A stretch of DNA of 64,000 bases, from the NCBI GenBank assembly GCA_965215365.1, contig CBDCDS010000003.1, positions 480,001 to 544,000 on the forward strand, given 5' to 3'. The notes beneath the pieces are model-generated. The model saw only the letters and a list, made by a program, of their open reading frames with translations. It was not told the DNA's origin and ran no database searches. Origin of the DNA: Gammaproteobacteria bacterium (GTDB taxonomy: Bacteria; Pseudomonadota; Gammaproteobacteria; Eutrophobiales; Eutrophobiaceae). A program made the translations under genes and the position numbers. This document shows positions 1 through 9,700 of this stretch, piece by piece; positions within the stretch are counted from its first letter, which is position 1, and the number at the start of each line of letters is the position of its first letter.

Positions 1-1
1 G

Positions 2-289
2 ATGAACCACATTTCCTCCGTTGCGCTCATCCAAGAACCGATGCAACGCGCCGGGGCGGTGTGTAATGGCTGCAAAACGCGGTTCGGGCTGGCCGGACGC
101 GACAATAATACCCTGTTTTTTAAGTTCATCCAGCCGGTCTTCGATAGTCTGAGGAGGAGGTTGCGTGGGACGAATCTCGGCAACTGGCTCCCCGCGATAA
201 GATACGGTGACCGTTCTACCATCCCGAACATGGCGCAATACCTCAGAGAAACGCGCCTTGGCTTCATACGTTGAATAAGTAAGTTGCAT
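2..289 (-). CDS. Phd/YefM-family antitoxin (runs off window edge)
   Basis: Manual translation from ATG 289: MQLTYSTYEAKARFSEVLRHVRDGRTVTVSYRGEPVAEIRP, a typical Phd N-terminus; no stop before position 1. Confidence 0.75.
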   Translation of the reverse strand, partial: MQLTYSTYEAKARFSEVLRHVRDGRTVTVSYRGEPVAEIRPTQPPPQTIEDRLDELKKQGIIVASGQPEPRFAAITHRPGALHRFLDERNGGNVVH

Positions 290-305
290 GGTGTCGATAA
301 ACCTG

Positions 306-530
306 TCAACGCTCATTCATTTTATCCCTGCTGAACTTTCGCCCTCCTGTTGTGAGGCCCTTACGCAATGTCCGGATGGTCTCCAGCGCCGCTCTGCTTT
401 GTTGGGGAGAGCAGACATACTCTTGCAACCACAACCGGAATTGCTGGTTCAATGTCGTGTGTTCGAGCAGCGCGCGCCGGCGCGCAGTTTCAATCAACTG
501 TTCACTGGCGCTTAAGGTGATATTTTTCAT
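306..530 (-). CDS. Small RHH/CopG-like antitoxin-type protein
   Basis: MKNITLSASEQLIETARRRA...TLNQQFRLWL ribbon-helix-helix pattern, 74 aa. Confidence 0.6.
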   Translation of the reverse strand: MKNITLSASEQLIETARRRALLEHTTLNQQFRLWLQEYVCSPQQSRAALETIRTLRKGLTTGGRKFSRDKMNER

Positions 531-687
531 GTGCAACGACCGATGTGTGATTACACGGGTATAGTGTACACTGTTTTAGTGTTACAGAACATGTCCGCCC
601 ATCGAATGCGGTAAAAAAACAGCTTGTCGGCGCGCTGTAGCCGGCAGCGCCATTTGGTTATCTGCCGTCCGGCTTGAAACGAGACAG

Positions 688-1875
688 CTATTCAGGCTGC
701 GTCACCTGCTGCTCAATATACTTCATCAGCGAGGGGATGCCCGGAGTCCAGTTGCTCTCGTTATCGGGGTCGCCCTGCCAGATATAGCCGAGTTCATGCA
801 GTATTGTTTCAACCTCTTCCGGCGTCATCTCTGGCGGCAAATCGGCTTTGCGCAAAAGTTGTTCCAACTGGTGTTCAGAGAGTGATGAGTTGCCTGAGAA
901 GGCTGAGCCGAGAATCGTGGCAAGCGGAGCGAGCCGAGCTTCCTTGATCTCGTTGTAGCGGTCCCTGTAGAAATATTTTTTCCGGGTCTCGACTTCATTG
1001 TGTGCCAGCGCCGTTATGTGCTGGTCTATGCGCGTCCGACCGCGTTGTTTGAGCGCACCAAACAGCCTATCGCCCCATAACTGTACAAAATAAGGGTAGC
1101 CTTGCGTATCCCGCATAATGGCTTGCAGACAGTCTTCTTCACAGGTGATAGGGTATTTTTCCAGAGGCTTAATCAGGGCGTCTGCCGTATCCCGATACGA
1201 TAACAGGTTCGGGTAAAACCGCTCACTGCGCTCCCAGAAAGTGGCGCCCATGCGCTGCAACTGCTTTTGCAGCCCCGGCGTGCCGGCCAGGATAAGCAGA
1301 AAAGGCGCCGCCGCCCGTGTTTTCTGGCTTGCGTTCAGGAGCGTTCTACCGGTCTCAATATCCAGCGTGTGAGCCTCGTCAACGATGACAACCAACGGTT
1401 TTTTCATGCACCGGGCCGTTAATTCCTTAGCCACCAGATTGCGGAATTTTTGCTGCTGCGCGCCTCCCGCCTGCAACGTCAGACTCGCCTCACCGAGAGA
1501 CATTCCCAACGCTTCCGGGGAGACTGTTGCGTCTAGGGAGATTTGCAGGTCTTTTGCGAATTTCGTGCGCCAGTCATGCCTGACAAGCTGGTCCAGCAGT
1601 AACTCAGTAGTCGGAATTTCATCCGGCGTCAGCCAGAGCGTGTCGATAGTCCTTGCGTCGCCTTCCTTGATAAAGCGTTCAAACCAGCGCAGCAGCGCAG
1701 TTTTACCGTTGCCTCGGGGAGAGCAGACAATCACGTTGTTGCTGGGCGCGATTTTTTGTTGCAGGCGGGCCAAGCAAGTTTTCAGTACCCGTTGCTCCTG
1801 CTCCCGGCCCGTCAGCTCAGGGGGAATGATGCCGTCGCCGGGGTTGAAGGGGCTGAGTTGGTGTTGGAGAATCAT
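688..1875 (-). CDS. AAA+ P-loop ATPase (AAA_16-like) with probable C-terminal winged helix
   Basis: SPFNPG N-terminus, Walker A SPRGNGKT, Walker B VIVDEAH, TQGYPYFVQL motif. Confidence 0.75.
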   Translation of the reverse strand: MILQHQLSPFNPGDGIIPPELTGREQEQRVLKTCLARLQQKIAPSNNVIVCSPRGNGKTALLRWFERFIKEGDARTIDTLWLTPDEIPTTELLLDQLVRHDWRTKFAKDLQISLDATVSPEALGMSLGEASLTLQAGGAQQQKFRNLVAKELTARCMKKPLVVIVDEAHTLDIETGRTLLNASQKTRAAAPFLLILAGTPGLQKQLQRMGATFWERSERFYPNLLSYRDTADALIKPLEKYPITCEEDCLQAIMRDTQGYPYFVQLWGDRLFGALKQRGRTRIDQHITALAHNEVETRKKYFYRDRYNEIKEARLAPLATILGSAFSGNSSLSEHQLEQLLRKADLPPEMTPEEVETILHELGYIWQGDPDNESNWTPGIPSLMKYIEQQVTQPE

Positions 1876-1962
1876 GTTTGTGAATATTTATCGCAAACTG
1901 TCTGCCTGTGTGAATACTGATGAGTTCATTGCGGAGTATTTGCACAGTTAACGGAAACTATT

Positions 1963-2898
1963 TCATACAGGATTTGCCGGTTTGAAATTTCTATACTTGC
2001 CAGTTGTAATTCTCCGGCTTCTGTAAATTTCAACGATCCCTCTGGCTGAAAGATTTTCACGGTTCGGCTGAGGCCTTTGTAATTCATCAAGGCTAATTAG
2101 AGATGTTATAGCATCAATGCTCAACGGCGTTTTCCAGATTGGCCAAGTAAATAAAACACCTTTGTCTCGACTCTTTGAAAAGCCTGTCGTATGAAGTTTT
2201 TGTCCCATTGGCAGTGTGGGAAAAAAAGGCAGGGCTTCGATGGCAAGACGATTTGCGCCACGCATAGCTCGTATCGGGTCTCCTGCTGGCTCCTTCCAGC
2301 ACAGTGCGTACCTGCGATCATCAAATGGATCCCAGCGTAGGCTTGGCTTGGGGTCTAGATATTGCCAAGGTTCAAAAAGCGAAGACTGTAAATGTTCCGG
2401 TTCGGTATGTTCGACAAGTTTTCGCATAGAACCGATAAAATGTTGGTGTCCTGCCCCACTCATGGTCCGCAGGGCAGTATCCTGAATATTTTTGTCTCTT
2501 TGCGACACAGGCAGACTTTCACAGCCAAGGGCAGAAATAAAATCGGCGTACCGATGATCCGTAAAAATTGCCTTGTTCTGAGCATCATGGGTTATCCGGT
2601 AGAACTCCTCACAAGAGATTGTAAGATCATCATGCGGGAATAATTTGGCGGGATGTTTCTCTATAGCTCCTGACCCGAATGCGATCATCTGTATCAGTTT
2701 TTCCTCTGTAAGTGAAATATCCCCGGATATCACAGGAGACCAGCAACCTTGGTTCTGTTGCCAAAGCAGACGCCACTCACGTGGTGAATCCGTTTCACAT
2801 TCATTCACAACTCGCAATGTACCCAAAGCTGCAAGAAACGCCAACGGGTTGGCTCCATCGAGTCCGTTCAAAAGCAGTCCTGAACCTGCATCATTCAT
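1963..2898 (-). CDS. csb3: Type I-G (I-U) large subunit Csb3/Cas8g
   Basis: [44 protein letters not shown] motifs; start overlaps cas3 stop. Confidence 0.75.
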   Translation of the reverse strand: MNDAGSGLLLNGLDGANPLAFLAALGTLRVVNECETDSPREWRLLWQQNQGCWSPVISGDISLTEEKLIQMIAFGSGAIEKHPAKLFPHDDLTISCEEFYRITHDAQNKAIFTDHRYADFISALGCESLPVSQRDKNIQDTALRTMSGAGHQHFIGSMRKLVEHTEPEHLQSSLFEPWQYLDPKPSLRWDPFDDRRYALCWKEPAGDPIRAMRGANRLAIEALPFFPTLPMGQKLHTTGFSKSRDKGVLFTWPIWKTPLSIDAITSLISLDELQRPQPNRENLSARGIVEIYRSRRITTGKYRNFKPANPV

Positions 2899-5800
2899 CG
2901 GCATCATTATGTGTCTCCTCCCATTCACTACGCCTCCAGTCTGCCAGTCGTAGCAAGGCTTCGAGCCATGCCAACCCCCACCAGCCGTAACGCCGCACCA
3001 TGCGCCAGTAACGATCCGCAATACCGGAGTCCAGACGTTCCAGACCAGTAGCTCCGCGCCATTGCAGGTGATGACCACGCAATTCAAAGCCAGCTTCTAC
3101 CTCCTGCTTATCAATGACAACCGGGGCGAAAGGGCGACAATATCCATGGTGGCTGGCAACCAAATGGAGAACCAAATCGCGTAACTCCTGATTTTCCGGC
3201 AGCAGTGTGGGGGCACTTTCTGCCATGCGCACGGAGAGTAGCTCATGGCGGCCGCCTATTGGATATTCGGAGTTTTTACGGGCATTTCTATCTCTGGACA
3301 TCCTCGCGGACTTGGCTAGTGGCTCGCCCGGCGGCAAGGAAGACCCACCATGCAACAACGATTGAAACCGGGGGTCTGCCTTGCCCACATCATGCAGCAA
3401 GCCAGCACAGGCAACGGCTTCAACCAGTTCACCGTCAAGGCCGCAAGCCATCGCGTGATGGCGGGCAAAACTTTCAACACCGGGGAGATGTGTACGGAGC
3501 CGTACAGGCTGGCCGTTTTTGTGCGAAATACCGGATGCGCTGACGTCATCCTCATCGCTGAAGCTATCAGCTTCGGAGGTGAGTTCAGGAATCAAGCGAC
3601 GGCCACGGATTACGATCTGATGGTCGCTAATAATATGGCAGGCCTGCTCCAGTTTTTGAGCTGGAAACTCCTCAATGAGTTCAGCGGCGACACTAGACAC
3701 CCAAGAGGGTTCCGGGGCATTGATAAGCACAGATAACAGCTCGCGCAATGCCTCGATTATTTCATCCGGGTCTTCATCATACCGCTGTTGCAGATTGTTC
3801 AGTAGTGAGCATGCGCTTTCTTTGATCTGATCGGAGACAGGCCAGTCGTTGACCAGTTCACGATGCAGCCGCAGAATGGGCTTTGCCCGGTTTAATCTGT
3901 AAGCCCTGTCTCCGACATCTGGGTTGGCGCCTTCGGGCAAGTCACCAAGCTGGTCCCGCGGGTGTGGGTGCCCAACCGGAATAACGATCACGTCTCCAGG
4001 GTGTATGTCTGCGGGGTCTGCCGTGATATGTTCCTGTTTTGTTTCGCGCCCGCGCCATCGGATTATATTGGCTCCATGAACTGGCGAGATTGCCTCTTCT
4101 ACGTAAGCGCCCGCCTGCGCTCCCTCCAGGTCAGCGCTATTATCCTCCTCGCCACTCCCGGCCAACCAGTGCTTAAAGACCTTGAACGGTACAGGCAATG
4201 ATTCGCTGCTGCTCGGCGGACATAGAACCAGTACATCAGTAGCCTCTTTTTGACCCGCGTCATCTGTTAAGTTAAGGTCAGCGCGCCAACACACTTGCAC
4301 ATCCGCTGCCCCCTCACGAGGCCCATGCAAGAACAAGGCAACGTCAGGTGATGGATTTGGTGCCGGAGAGGTCTGCGCCCAGCAATCAACATGGGCGGGC
4401 AGCATGACGGGAGCGTTCACGGACGGAGCATTCAACTCAGCCAAGGCGTCATCCGCCGGTAATTTTTTTTCAAGAAAAGCAATACCAAAATCGACGGTAT
4501 CGTTTTCATTCTTATTTTCCTGCAGCCATTGCCAGGTTTTGCTCAGGGCCGCGCCATATACAGGGTCACCCTCATTTTTTTTAGTTTCGGCTTGATCGGC
4601 TTGCACAAGTATCGCCGCCTTCGCTTCAATGTCTCTACCGGTGCGGTTCAAACGGCCAAAGCGCTGGCGCAGTGCGTCCAGGCTGGCACATTCGCTCACG
4701 AGACCGTCAAAGTCGAGGTCCGCGCCTACTTCAAGAGTTTGGGTAGCCACGACAATATAAGGTTCCGGCAATGCTCGTTGCGCGGATTGGTCAGACCGCA
4801 AAATCTCTAAATACTGCTGCACAACTTCTTTATCAACAGGACGCATACGACCTGTCAGCAGGGTCACGCATTCTTTGCGGTCCGGGCGACAGCATAGCAA
4901 TCGGGCGACTTCACGCGCGGTGGCTACTCTATTTACAAACACGACAACAGCGCGTCGTTCTTCATTGATCAATTCTATTGCTGCCTCAGTCAGAGCTTTG
5001 GCTAATTTCGTTATAGCCTGTGCCCTGCTGGCACCTTTAACCACGCCAAGTTTCGCAGGTTTGGAAGCTCTGTAACGACGCCCCAACGGATGTTCGGGAT
5101 CGCTTTTTTCCTCTGACAAATCTTCAAATACATCAGTAATCCCCGGGGGCGGAGTGGCGGACATGACGACAGGGTAGAAAGGCCGTGACAGGGGTTCATG
5201 CGCCCAGGTCTGATAGCGTTGTATTGCCTGTAATGTTTGCAAAAACGGACGGGCGCAATGGGCCTCGTCCAGCAGAATTAAACTGTCGTTAGCAACAAGC
5301 GCCGCGTAGATGGGGCAGATTTCCGAGCCTCTGCCATAAGCCCGGAACAACAAGCGGGAACCTACTTGATCAACGGTCGATGCAACTATCATGGGTTGCA
5401 GGGGGTTACGCGCCCATGCCTCTGATCGATACATCCCCCCGCGCAAAAGGTGAGCCTGCAAGGGTCTTTCTTTTTCAGCATCAAAGACTTGTCCGCTGGC
5501 AATAATTCGCAGGTTATCCGCTACACGTTTGAGTATCCCCTCTTTGGCCTGCTCCAGTTTTCCTGCTAGCCTTTGGGCGCGTGCGTATGCTTCATCGACG
5601 ATCACACGCCGGTCCACTACAAAGAATATCCGGCGCGGTGCGGTTAAAATCTGCTTGTTCACCATTCGTCCTGCCTGGCTTGCCAGTGAGAATAACGCTA
5701 TATCCATACAAGCCGTTTTACCGGATGCGGTTGGCAGTGCAATGGCGCCGGGCCAGGGCATCTCTGGAGTTTGTTTTTCAGAGGCGGGGGAATTAGGTTT

Positions 5801-5938
5801 GTCTTCCGCCCTTTCCGGCACATCTCCCAACACTCTGTTAGCCAGTTGTTGCTGCCAGGCGAACGGCGGCTTGTCCTCTCCCCAGAGGGCAGTAAAAAAT
5901 TCGGGGAAATCTGCCGGATTTAACTCTGCAGGGGACAT
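2891..5938 (-). CDS. cas3: Type I-G Cas3 helicase with C-terminal HD nuclease
   Basis: LPTASGKT, DEAH, SAT, QRFGRLNR helicase motifs; C-terminal LLHDVGKAD, RHE, SHHG, RLAD HD motifs (helicase-then-HD order typical of I-G). Confidence 0.92.
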   Translation of the reverse strand: MSPAELNPADFPEFFTALWGEDKPPFAWQQQLANRVLGDVPERAEDKPNSPASEKQTPEMPWPGAIALPTASGKTACMDIALFSLASQAGRMVNKQILTAPRRIFFVVDRRVIVDEAYARAQRLAGKLEQAKEGILKRVADNLRIIASGQVFDAEKERPLQAHLLRGGMYRSEAWARNPLQPMIVASTVDQVGSRLLFRAYGRGSEICPIYAALVANDSLILLDEAHCARPFLQTLQAIQRYQTWAHEPLSRPFYPVVMSATPPPGITDVFEDLSEEKSDPEHPLGRRYRASKPAKLGVVKGASRAQAITKLAKALTEAAIELINEERRAVVVFVNRVATAREVARLLCCRPDRKECVTLLTGRMRPVDKEVVQQYLEILRSDQSAQRALPEPYIVVATQTLEVGADLDFDGLVSECASLDALRQRFGRLNRTGRDIEAKAAILVQADQAETKKNEGDPVYGAALSKTWQWLQENKNENDTVDFGIAFLEKKLPADDALAELNAPSVNAPVMLPAHVDCWAQTSPAPNPSPDVALFLHGPREGAADVQVCWRADLNLTDDAGQKEATDVLVLCPPSSSESLPVPFKVFKHWLAGSGEEDNSADLEGAQAGAYVEEAISPVHGANIIRWRGRETKQEHITADPADIHPGDVIVIPVGHPHPRDQLGDLPEGANPDVGDRAYRLNRAKPILRLHRELVNDWPVSDQIKESACSLLNNLQQRYDEDPDEIIEALRELLSVLINAPEPSWVSSVAAELIEEFPAQKLEQACHIISDHQIVIRGRRLIPELTSEADSFSDEDDVSASGISHKNGQPVRLRTHLPGVESFARHHAMACGLDGELVEAVACAGLLHDVGKADPRFQSLLHGGSSLPPGEPLAKSARMSRDRNARKNSEYPIGGRHELLSVRMAESAPTLLPENQELRDLVLHLVASHHGYCRPFAPVVIDKQEVEAGFELRGHHLQWRGATGLERLDSGIADRYWRMVRRYGWWGLAWLEALLRLADWRRSEWEETHNDADE

Positions 5939-5948
5939 TCGCGGGTTG

Positions 5949-8324
5949 TTAATCCATGGGACGACACAGCCCGTATCCCTTGAACCGTCCGGCCCCGATA
6001 ATCACCGGCCCGTTCACGGGTTCGTCAAATACGATGAGCGCATGGCTATGGCTTTGTTTCCCATTATCTTTTTTACGAATCAACTTCGGATAGTCCCTGG
6101 CGTGGGGGACGCCCTCTACCATAGAAACGGAAGACAGCACTACTTCACGAGGCTCCAGCAATCCTGTATGTCTGCAAGCGTCTTTTACGCTGTCCGCTGC
6201 CTGTTCCCATTTATCTTTCCCATCAAAATGTCTGTTCAGGGCTACCGGCGTTACGCTTGCCCAGACTCGAGAGGGCCTAGTCCAGGTGCGCGCACGAAGA
6301 TTCTGCGGCGGGCGCTCTCGGGTTTCCAGTTCGAGGCTGCACTCAAACCATTGGCCGTCAAATAGGGTATGTTGGCGCGGCAGACCTGTAGCAGGGTCAT
6401 ACAGAAAAGTCTCAAGAGAGTGTCTGGCTGCTTGCGGGTCCAGGTTTACGGGCAAGACCAAGCCCAAACCCATAATTCGTCCTTCCGCGTGTTCGGCACC
6501 AACAAAAGGCAGTGGAATCAGTGCAGTGTGCGGCGTCTTAGAAGGTGATCCGTCTGTGCGATGACCACTGAACCACTCCGGTGGTGGCTGGTCAGAGCAA
6601 CAGACCATGAGCAGGCCGCGCAGGGCCATGGTAAGTTTAAGAGTTGCCGGTAGTGAGACGCGTTTGCCTCTTATGCTCAAGACGATAAAGCGAGGATCGA
6701 AGACGGAACCCTGCGTTATTGTGGATGATGGCTCACCCTGAGATTTGCTGTAACCCTGCCAGCGCCCCGGTCCGGGACGCTGTGTTACAGGCCGTTGCCC
6801 GCTGGGGAATCGTTCTTGCAAACGGTTCTCAAGCTGTTTTATGTGCTGTTTTTGCTCGCGAGGGCTTCGCCCACCACTTGCGCCATTTCCTGTTTGCTTT
6901 GCTGCAGCAATTCGATTTCGTATGGTGTCAATATCCGGGGAGCGACTGAGGTACCGAGCCTCCGATTGAGTAAGGCAGTCGAAGGCATGGCCGAAGTGCT
7001 CTCGCCACCATTTTTCAAGGATTGATCCGTGTCGTTGTTTAAGTTCATGTAATTGCTCCTGTGAAGGCGTTAATACAGCGGAGTAAGGCTTGCCGGTAAG
7101 TGCTACAGCGCCTATAACTTTTCCGCCCTTTTTCTCAACCCAACCACGCAAATTTGCCAGTGTTCCGCCTTGGCCTATGAAGTCATCCACCATGATATAT
7201 TCACATGCATGGTTGAGTTCACCAGTAAAGTTGGCCTGACGGCTAAGACGTCCATAACCATCTGCGCCTGTGTGTGATACCACATTTGCTTGTACCACAT
7301 TTGCTTCGTATTCTACTCCGAGTCTCTCACTTAGCAATCTTGCCAGGGCGATTGGAATCGCATTGATGCCCTCTCGTTCACGGGAATGCGCACTGACCAG
7401 CACTGGCTTGCCGTTATTACAGAATTCTGAAACCAGCATTTCTACTGATGCAATGCCATTATCATCAACCAAGTCGTTGACAAGATTAGTTGCAGCAACG
7501 GCATCTCCTGTTTTGGCATCGTGATACTCCGGGTGCTGCTTGGTTTGAGACTCGCCAGCTAATATGACTACGTCCGGAAAATCTCCCCAGGCGACCCTGG
7601 GCGGATGCTTCATAGACTTAAGGTCTGCTTTTGCTCGCGCTATTTCATTATCCAGATCATGGTAGGCAAACCATTCACTCTGGTTGCATGACTGAGCAAG
7701 TTGGGCGAGTCTGCCCTCGAAGGGAACGCGTAATCGGCGTTCGGCAATTTTATCGGTCGGTATCCAATGTGCCCTTATCTCAGCATCATTTTCCAGCCAC
7801 ACTTGTGTAAAAGAGGCGGAGTGTCCTATGTGAGTGACTTTTGCAGCTAGTTGCTTTAATGCCGCGTAATTTGAGAGCAACGACTCCGTATCGTTCCAGA
7901 TAAGGCGCACTGTGGGGTCTTGAGGGATAGCCACCGGAAAGCCACGAGGTTGTCGCGGCCTGTATTCCGGCAACAGAACCAGACCATCTTCCTTGAGTTT
8001 CTCCACAAATTCCTTTGGGGACAGCTTTTTCAAGCTGCTGGAGGCCGTTACTGTTTTTTTGCGTTCCCGGTCGTTAACCGGTACGTAACTGACTACATTG
8101 GAGCGGGTTGTATAATCCGAGGCGGCAATGGCAGGCGGAGGCAAACTTTCCAACCAACGCAGAGCCTCACCCTCAGCCGGGTCTTCACCGGTTTCGAACC
8201 AAGCTGCCGCCAATGCCATGAATACCCGGTCTGGATGTGGTGGCCACTCGGCCTGCTCTTTGCTGGCGCCATCGGCAGCAGCCATCGACCACCCGTTAAG
8301 GTAGTGGATGCCAAGGGCGAACAT
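5949..8324 (-). CDS. csb2: Type I-G Csb2 (Cas5-Cas6 fusion) with internal PRTase domain insertion
   Basis: N-terminal EWPPHPDRVFMALAA and YVPVND; C-terminal WASVTP and GPVIIGAGRFKGYGLCRP G-loop; central MVDDFIGQGGTL PRPP-binding loop. Confidence 0.88.
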   Translation of the reverse strand: MFALGIHYLNGWSMAAADGASKEQAEWPPHPDRVFMALAAAWFETGEDPAEGEALRWLESLPPPAIAASDYTTRSNVVSYVPVNDRERKKTVTASSSLKKLSPKEFVEKLKEDGLVLLPEYRPRQPRGFPVAIPQDPTVRLIWNDTESLLSNYAALKQLAAKVTHIGHSASFTQVWLENDAEIRAHWIPTDKIAERRLRVPFEGRLAQLAQSCNQSEWFAYHDLDNEIARAKADLKSMKHPPRVAWGDFPDVVILAGESQTKQHPEYHDAKTGDAVAATNLVNDLVDDNGIASVEMLVSEFCNNGKPVLVSAHSREREGINAIPIALARLLSERLGVEYEANVVQANVVSHTGADGYGRLSRQANFTGELNHACEYIMVDDFIGQGGTLANLRGWVEKKGGKVIGAVALTGKPYSAVLTPSQEQLHELKQRHGSILEKWWREHFGHAFDCLTQSEARYLSRSPDIDTIRNRIAAAKQTGNGASGGRSPREQKQHIKQLENRLQERFPSGQRPVTQRPGPGRWQGYSKSQGEPSSTITQGSVFDPRFIVLSIRGKRVSLPATLKLTMALRGLLMVCCSDQPPPEWFSGHRTDGSPSKTPHTALIPLPFVGAEHAEGRIMGLGLVLPVNLDPQAARHSLETFLYDPATGLPRQHTLFDGQWFECSLELETRERPPQNLRARTWTRPSRVWASVTPVALNRHFDGKDKWEQAADSVKDACRHTGLLEPREVVLSSVSMVEGVPHARDYPKLIRKKDNGKQSHSHALIVFDEPVNGPVIIGAGRFKGYGLCRPMD
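6839..7048 (-). CDS. Putative nested small ORF (69 aa) in an alternative frame within the csb2 PRTase insert
   Basis: AGGAG 7 nt upstream of ATG 7048; helical C-terminus ILTPYEIELLQQSKQEMAQVV. Confidence 0.4.
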   Translation of the reverse strand: MNLNNDTDQSLKNGGESTSAMPSTALLNRRLGTSVAPRILTPYEIELLQQSKQEMAQVVGEALASKNST

Positions 8325-8329
8325 GAGGT

Positions 8330-9550
8330 TTAGTCGGTTCCCTGAGCGCTTGCCAGCTTCTGACTACGCCGAACCAGTTCTACCAGCTCAGATGCCGGTG
8401 TCAATTCGATTTCTCCCTCCCATGGGAGACCAGCAGCTTTAGCTTCGACAATAGCCGCCTGCAGAAGATTAAGAGCGTCATCCGTGCCCAATTCATATTC
8501 TTGGGGAGTTTCTCCCGGACGATCGAGCAATTCCCAAACTGGCCCTTGTTCTGCAAATAACTGGCAGCGGGAACGAAGGTCAGTATCGACCCGCGCTAAA
8601 CTGCCTGCAGCCAGACCTAAGGCAGCCAAGGTAGTGCGGGCTGCCAAGTTTATCCCATGGCTGGAGTCCGCCGCATCGTTAACGGGAAAGCGCAGGCGGC
8701 GCAAGACCGCCAAGGATAAGGTCGTTGTCTGTTTTGCTTTTGTTATGGTAAATCCACCTCCATCGTCAGAAATGCTTGGGCGGATATTTCCGTGGTTTAC
8801 TTCTGATGGCTTTCCATCTTTACCTAGCTTTTTGGGCTTGGATTTTTCGGTTTTGCCAGCCCCATCTTCCAGAGTCCAATGCGGGGCATCGGTTACCGCA
8901 ATTCCTCGCGGGTACAGTGGCCCTGCGTCAAGCCGGATTTGAGCCGGGTCAAGACGACTGGATGTTTTCTTTCCCGAAATGGCATCATACCCCACAATTT
9001 CAGATACGATCGCCCTCTGAAATTTACATCCGAGCCCGCCGCGTGGCCCTGTCGAATCCCACAGCCCGAACACCAGAGCAGTAGGACAAAGTCCGAATAA
9101 ACCGGTGGCATCGCGTATATCCGCCGTGTCAAGCAGCCTGCCCCTATCTGACTTGCGAAAAATGGTGCCGTCCAGAAGGCTGTCGCGAAATAACGCGTCC
9201 GCTATGCGATGCGGCGCTTCGAGGCTGGTAACTGTGAATTTCTTGTCCAAATCCGGGTCAACAAAACGGGCAATCAGCAATGGAAGCTTTACTTTGCCGG
9301 TGCGATGAGCCTCAAGCAGGGCCAACTCCATACGGTTAGCCTGCGATTGCACTGAATCCAGCAGCACGCACTTTTTAACCTCCCCGGTTTCCGGGTCGAT
9401 ACGTTCTTCGGTTGCGTACTTTCCGCCCTCATAAGTCGGCGGAAAAACCTTGTCGCCCACACCCCCCGCGGGTTGATAGTCAGTTACACAACGAAATGCT
9501 GCAGCGTTTCCACTTACTGCCCCTTTCAAAGTTTCCAAGGTGATTTTCAC
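8330..9550 (-). CDS. csb1: Type I-G Cas7 (Csb1)
   Basis: GDKVFPPTY, VLLDSVQSQANRME, PHRIADA, PTALVFGLWDS motifs. Confidence 0.92.
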   Translation of the reverse strand: MKITLETLKGAVSGNAAAFRCVTDYQPAGGVGDKVFPPTYEGGKYATEERIDPETGEVKKCVLLDSVQSQANRMELALLEAHRTGKVKLPLLIARFVDPDLDKKFTVTSLEAPHRIADALFRDSLLDGTIFRKSDRGRLLDTADIRDATGLFGLCPTALVFGLWDSTGPRGGLGCKFQRAIVSEIVGYDAISGKKTSSRLDPAQIRLDAGPLYPRGIAVTDAPHWTLEDGAGKTEKSKPKKLGKDGKPSEVNHGNIRPSISDDGGGFTITKAKQTTTLSLAVLRRLRFPVNDAADSSHGINLAARTTLAALGLAAGSLARVDTDLRSRCQLFAEQGPVWELLDRPGETPQEYELGTDDALNLLQAAIVEAKAAGLPWEGEIELTPASELVELVRRSQKLASAQGTD

Positions 9551-9595
9551 AGATATGACTCCCGATTTAATACGCAGGCACTGTAGTACGCAAAC

Positions 9596-9604
9596 ATTAT
9601 ACCA
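9596..9604 (-). promoter_or_regulatory. Putative extended -10 promoter for the cas operon
   Basis: TGGTATAAT on the minus strand ~45 nt upstream of csb1 start. Confidence 0.45.
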
Positions 9605-9687
9605 CCCCCCCTGAAAATCTCTTGTAAATCAAAACGTGTTTTGGAACAGGCTGTTGTAGTGCCTTCGGGCCAACGCGCCTTCAATAA

Positions 9688-9700
9688 AATCAATCAGTTA
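9688..9700 (+). promoter_or_regulatory. IHF consensus site
   Basis: AATCAATCAGTTA matches WATCAANNNNTTR. Confidence 0.4.

Noticed and set aside
170-200. Apparent frameshift in the Phd antitoxin at the G-run
   Set aside because: Recount shows four G/C pairs, keeping YRGEPVAE in frame
537-687. GCTTGAAAC resembling a CRISPR repeat 3' end near the cas locus
   Set aside because: Single occurrence, no second repeat, no convincing stem or spacer periodicity
6890-7613. Csb2 insert as an intein
   Set aside because: No N-terminal Cys/Ser block or C-terminal His-Asn splice motif; it has a PRPP-binding loop instead
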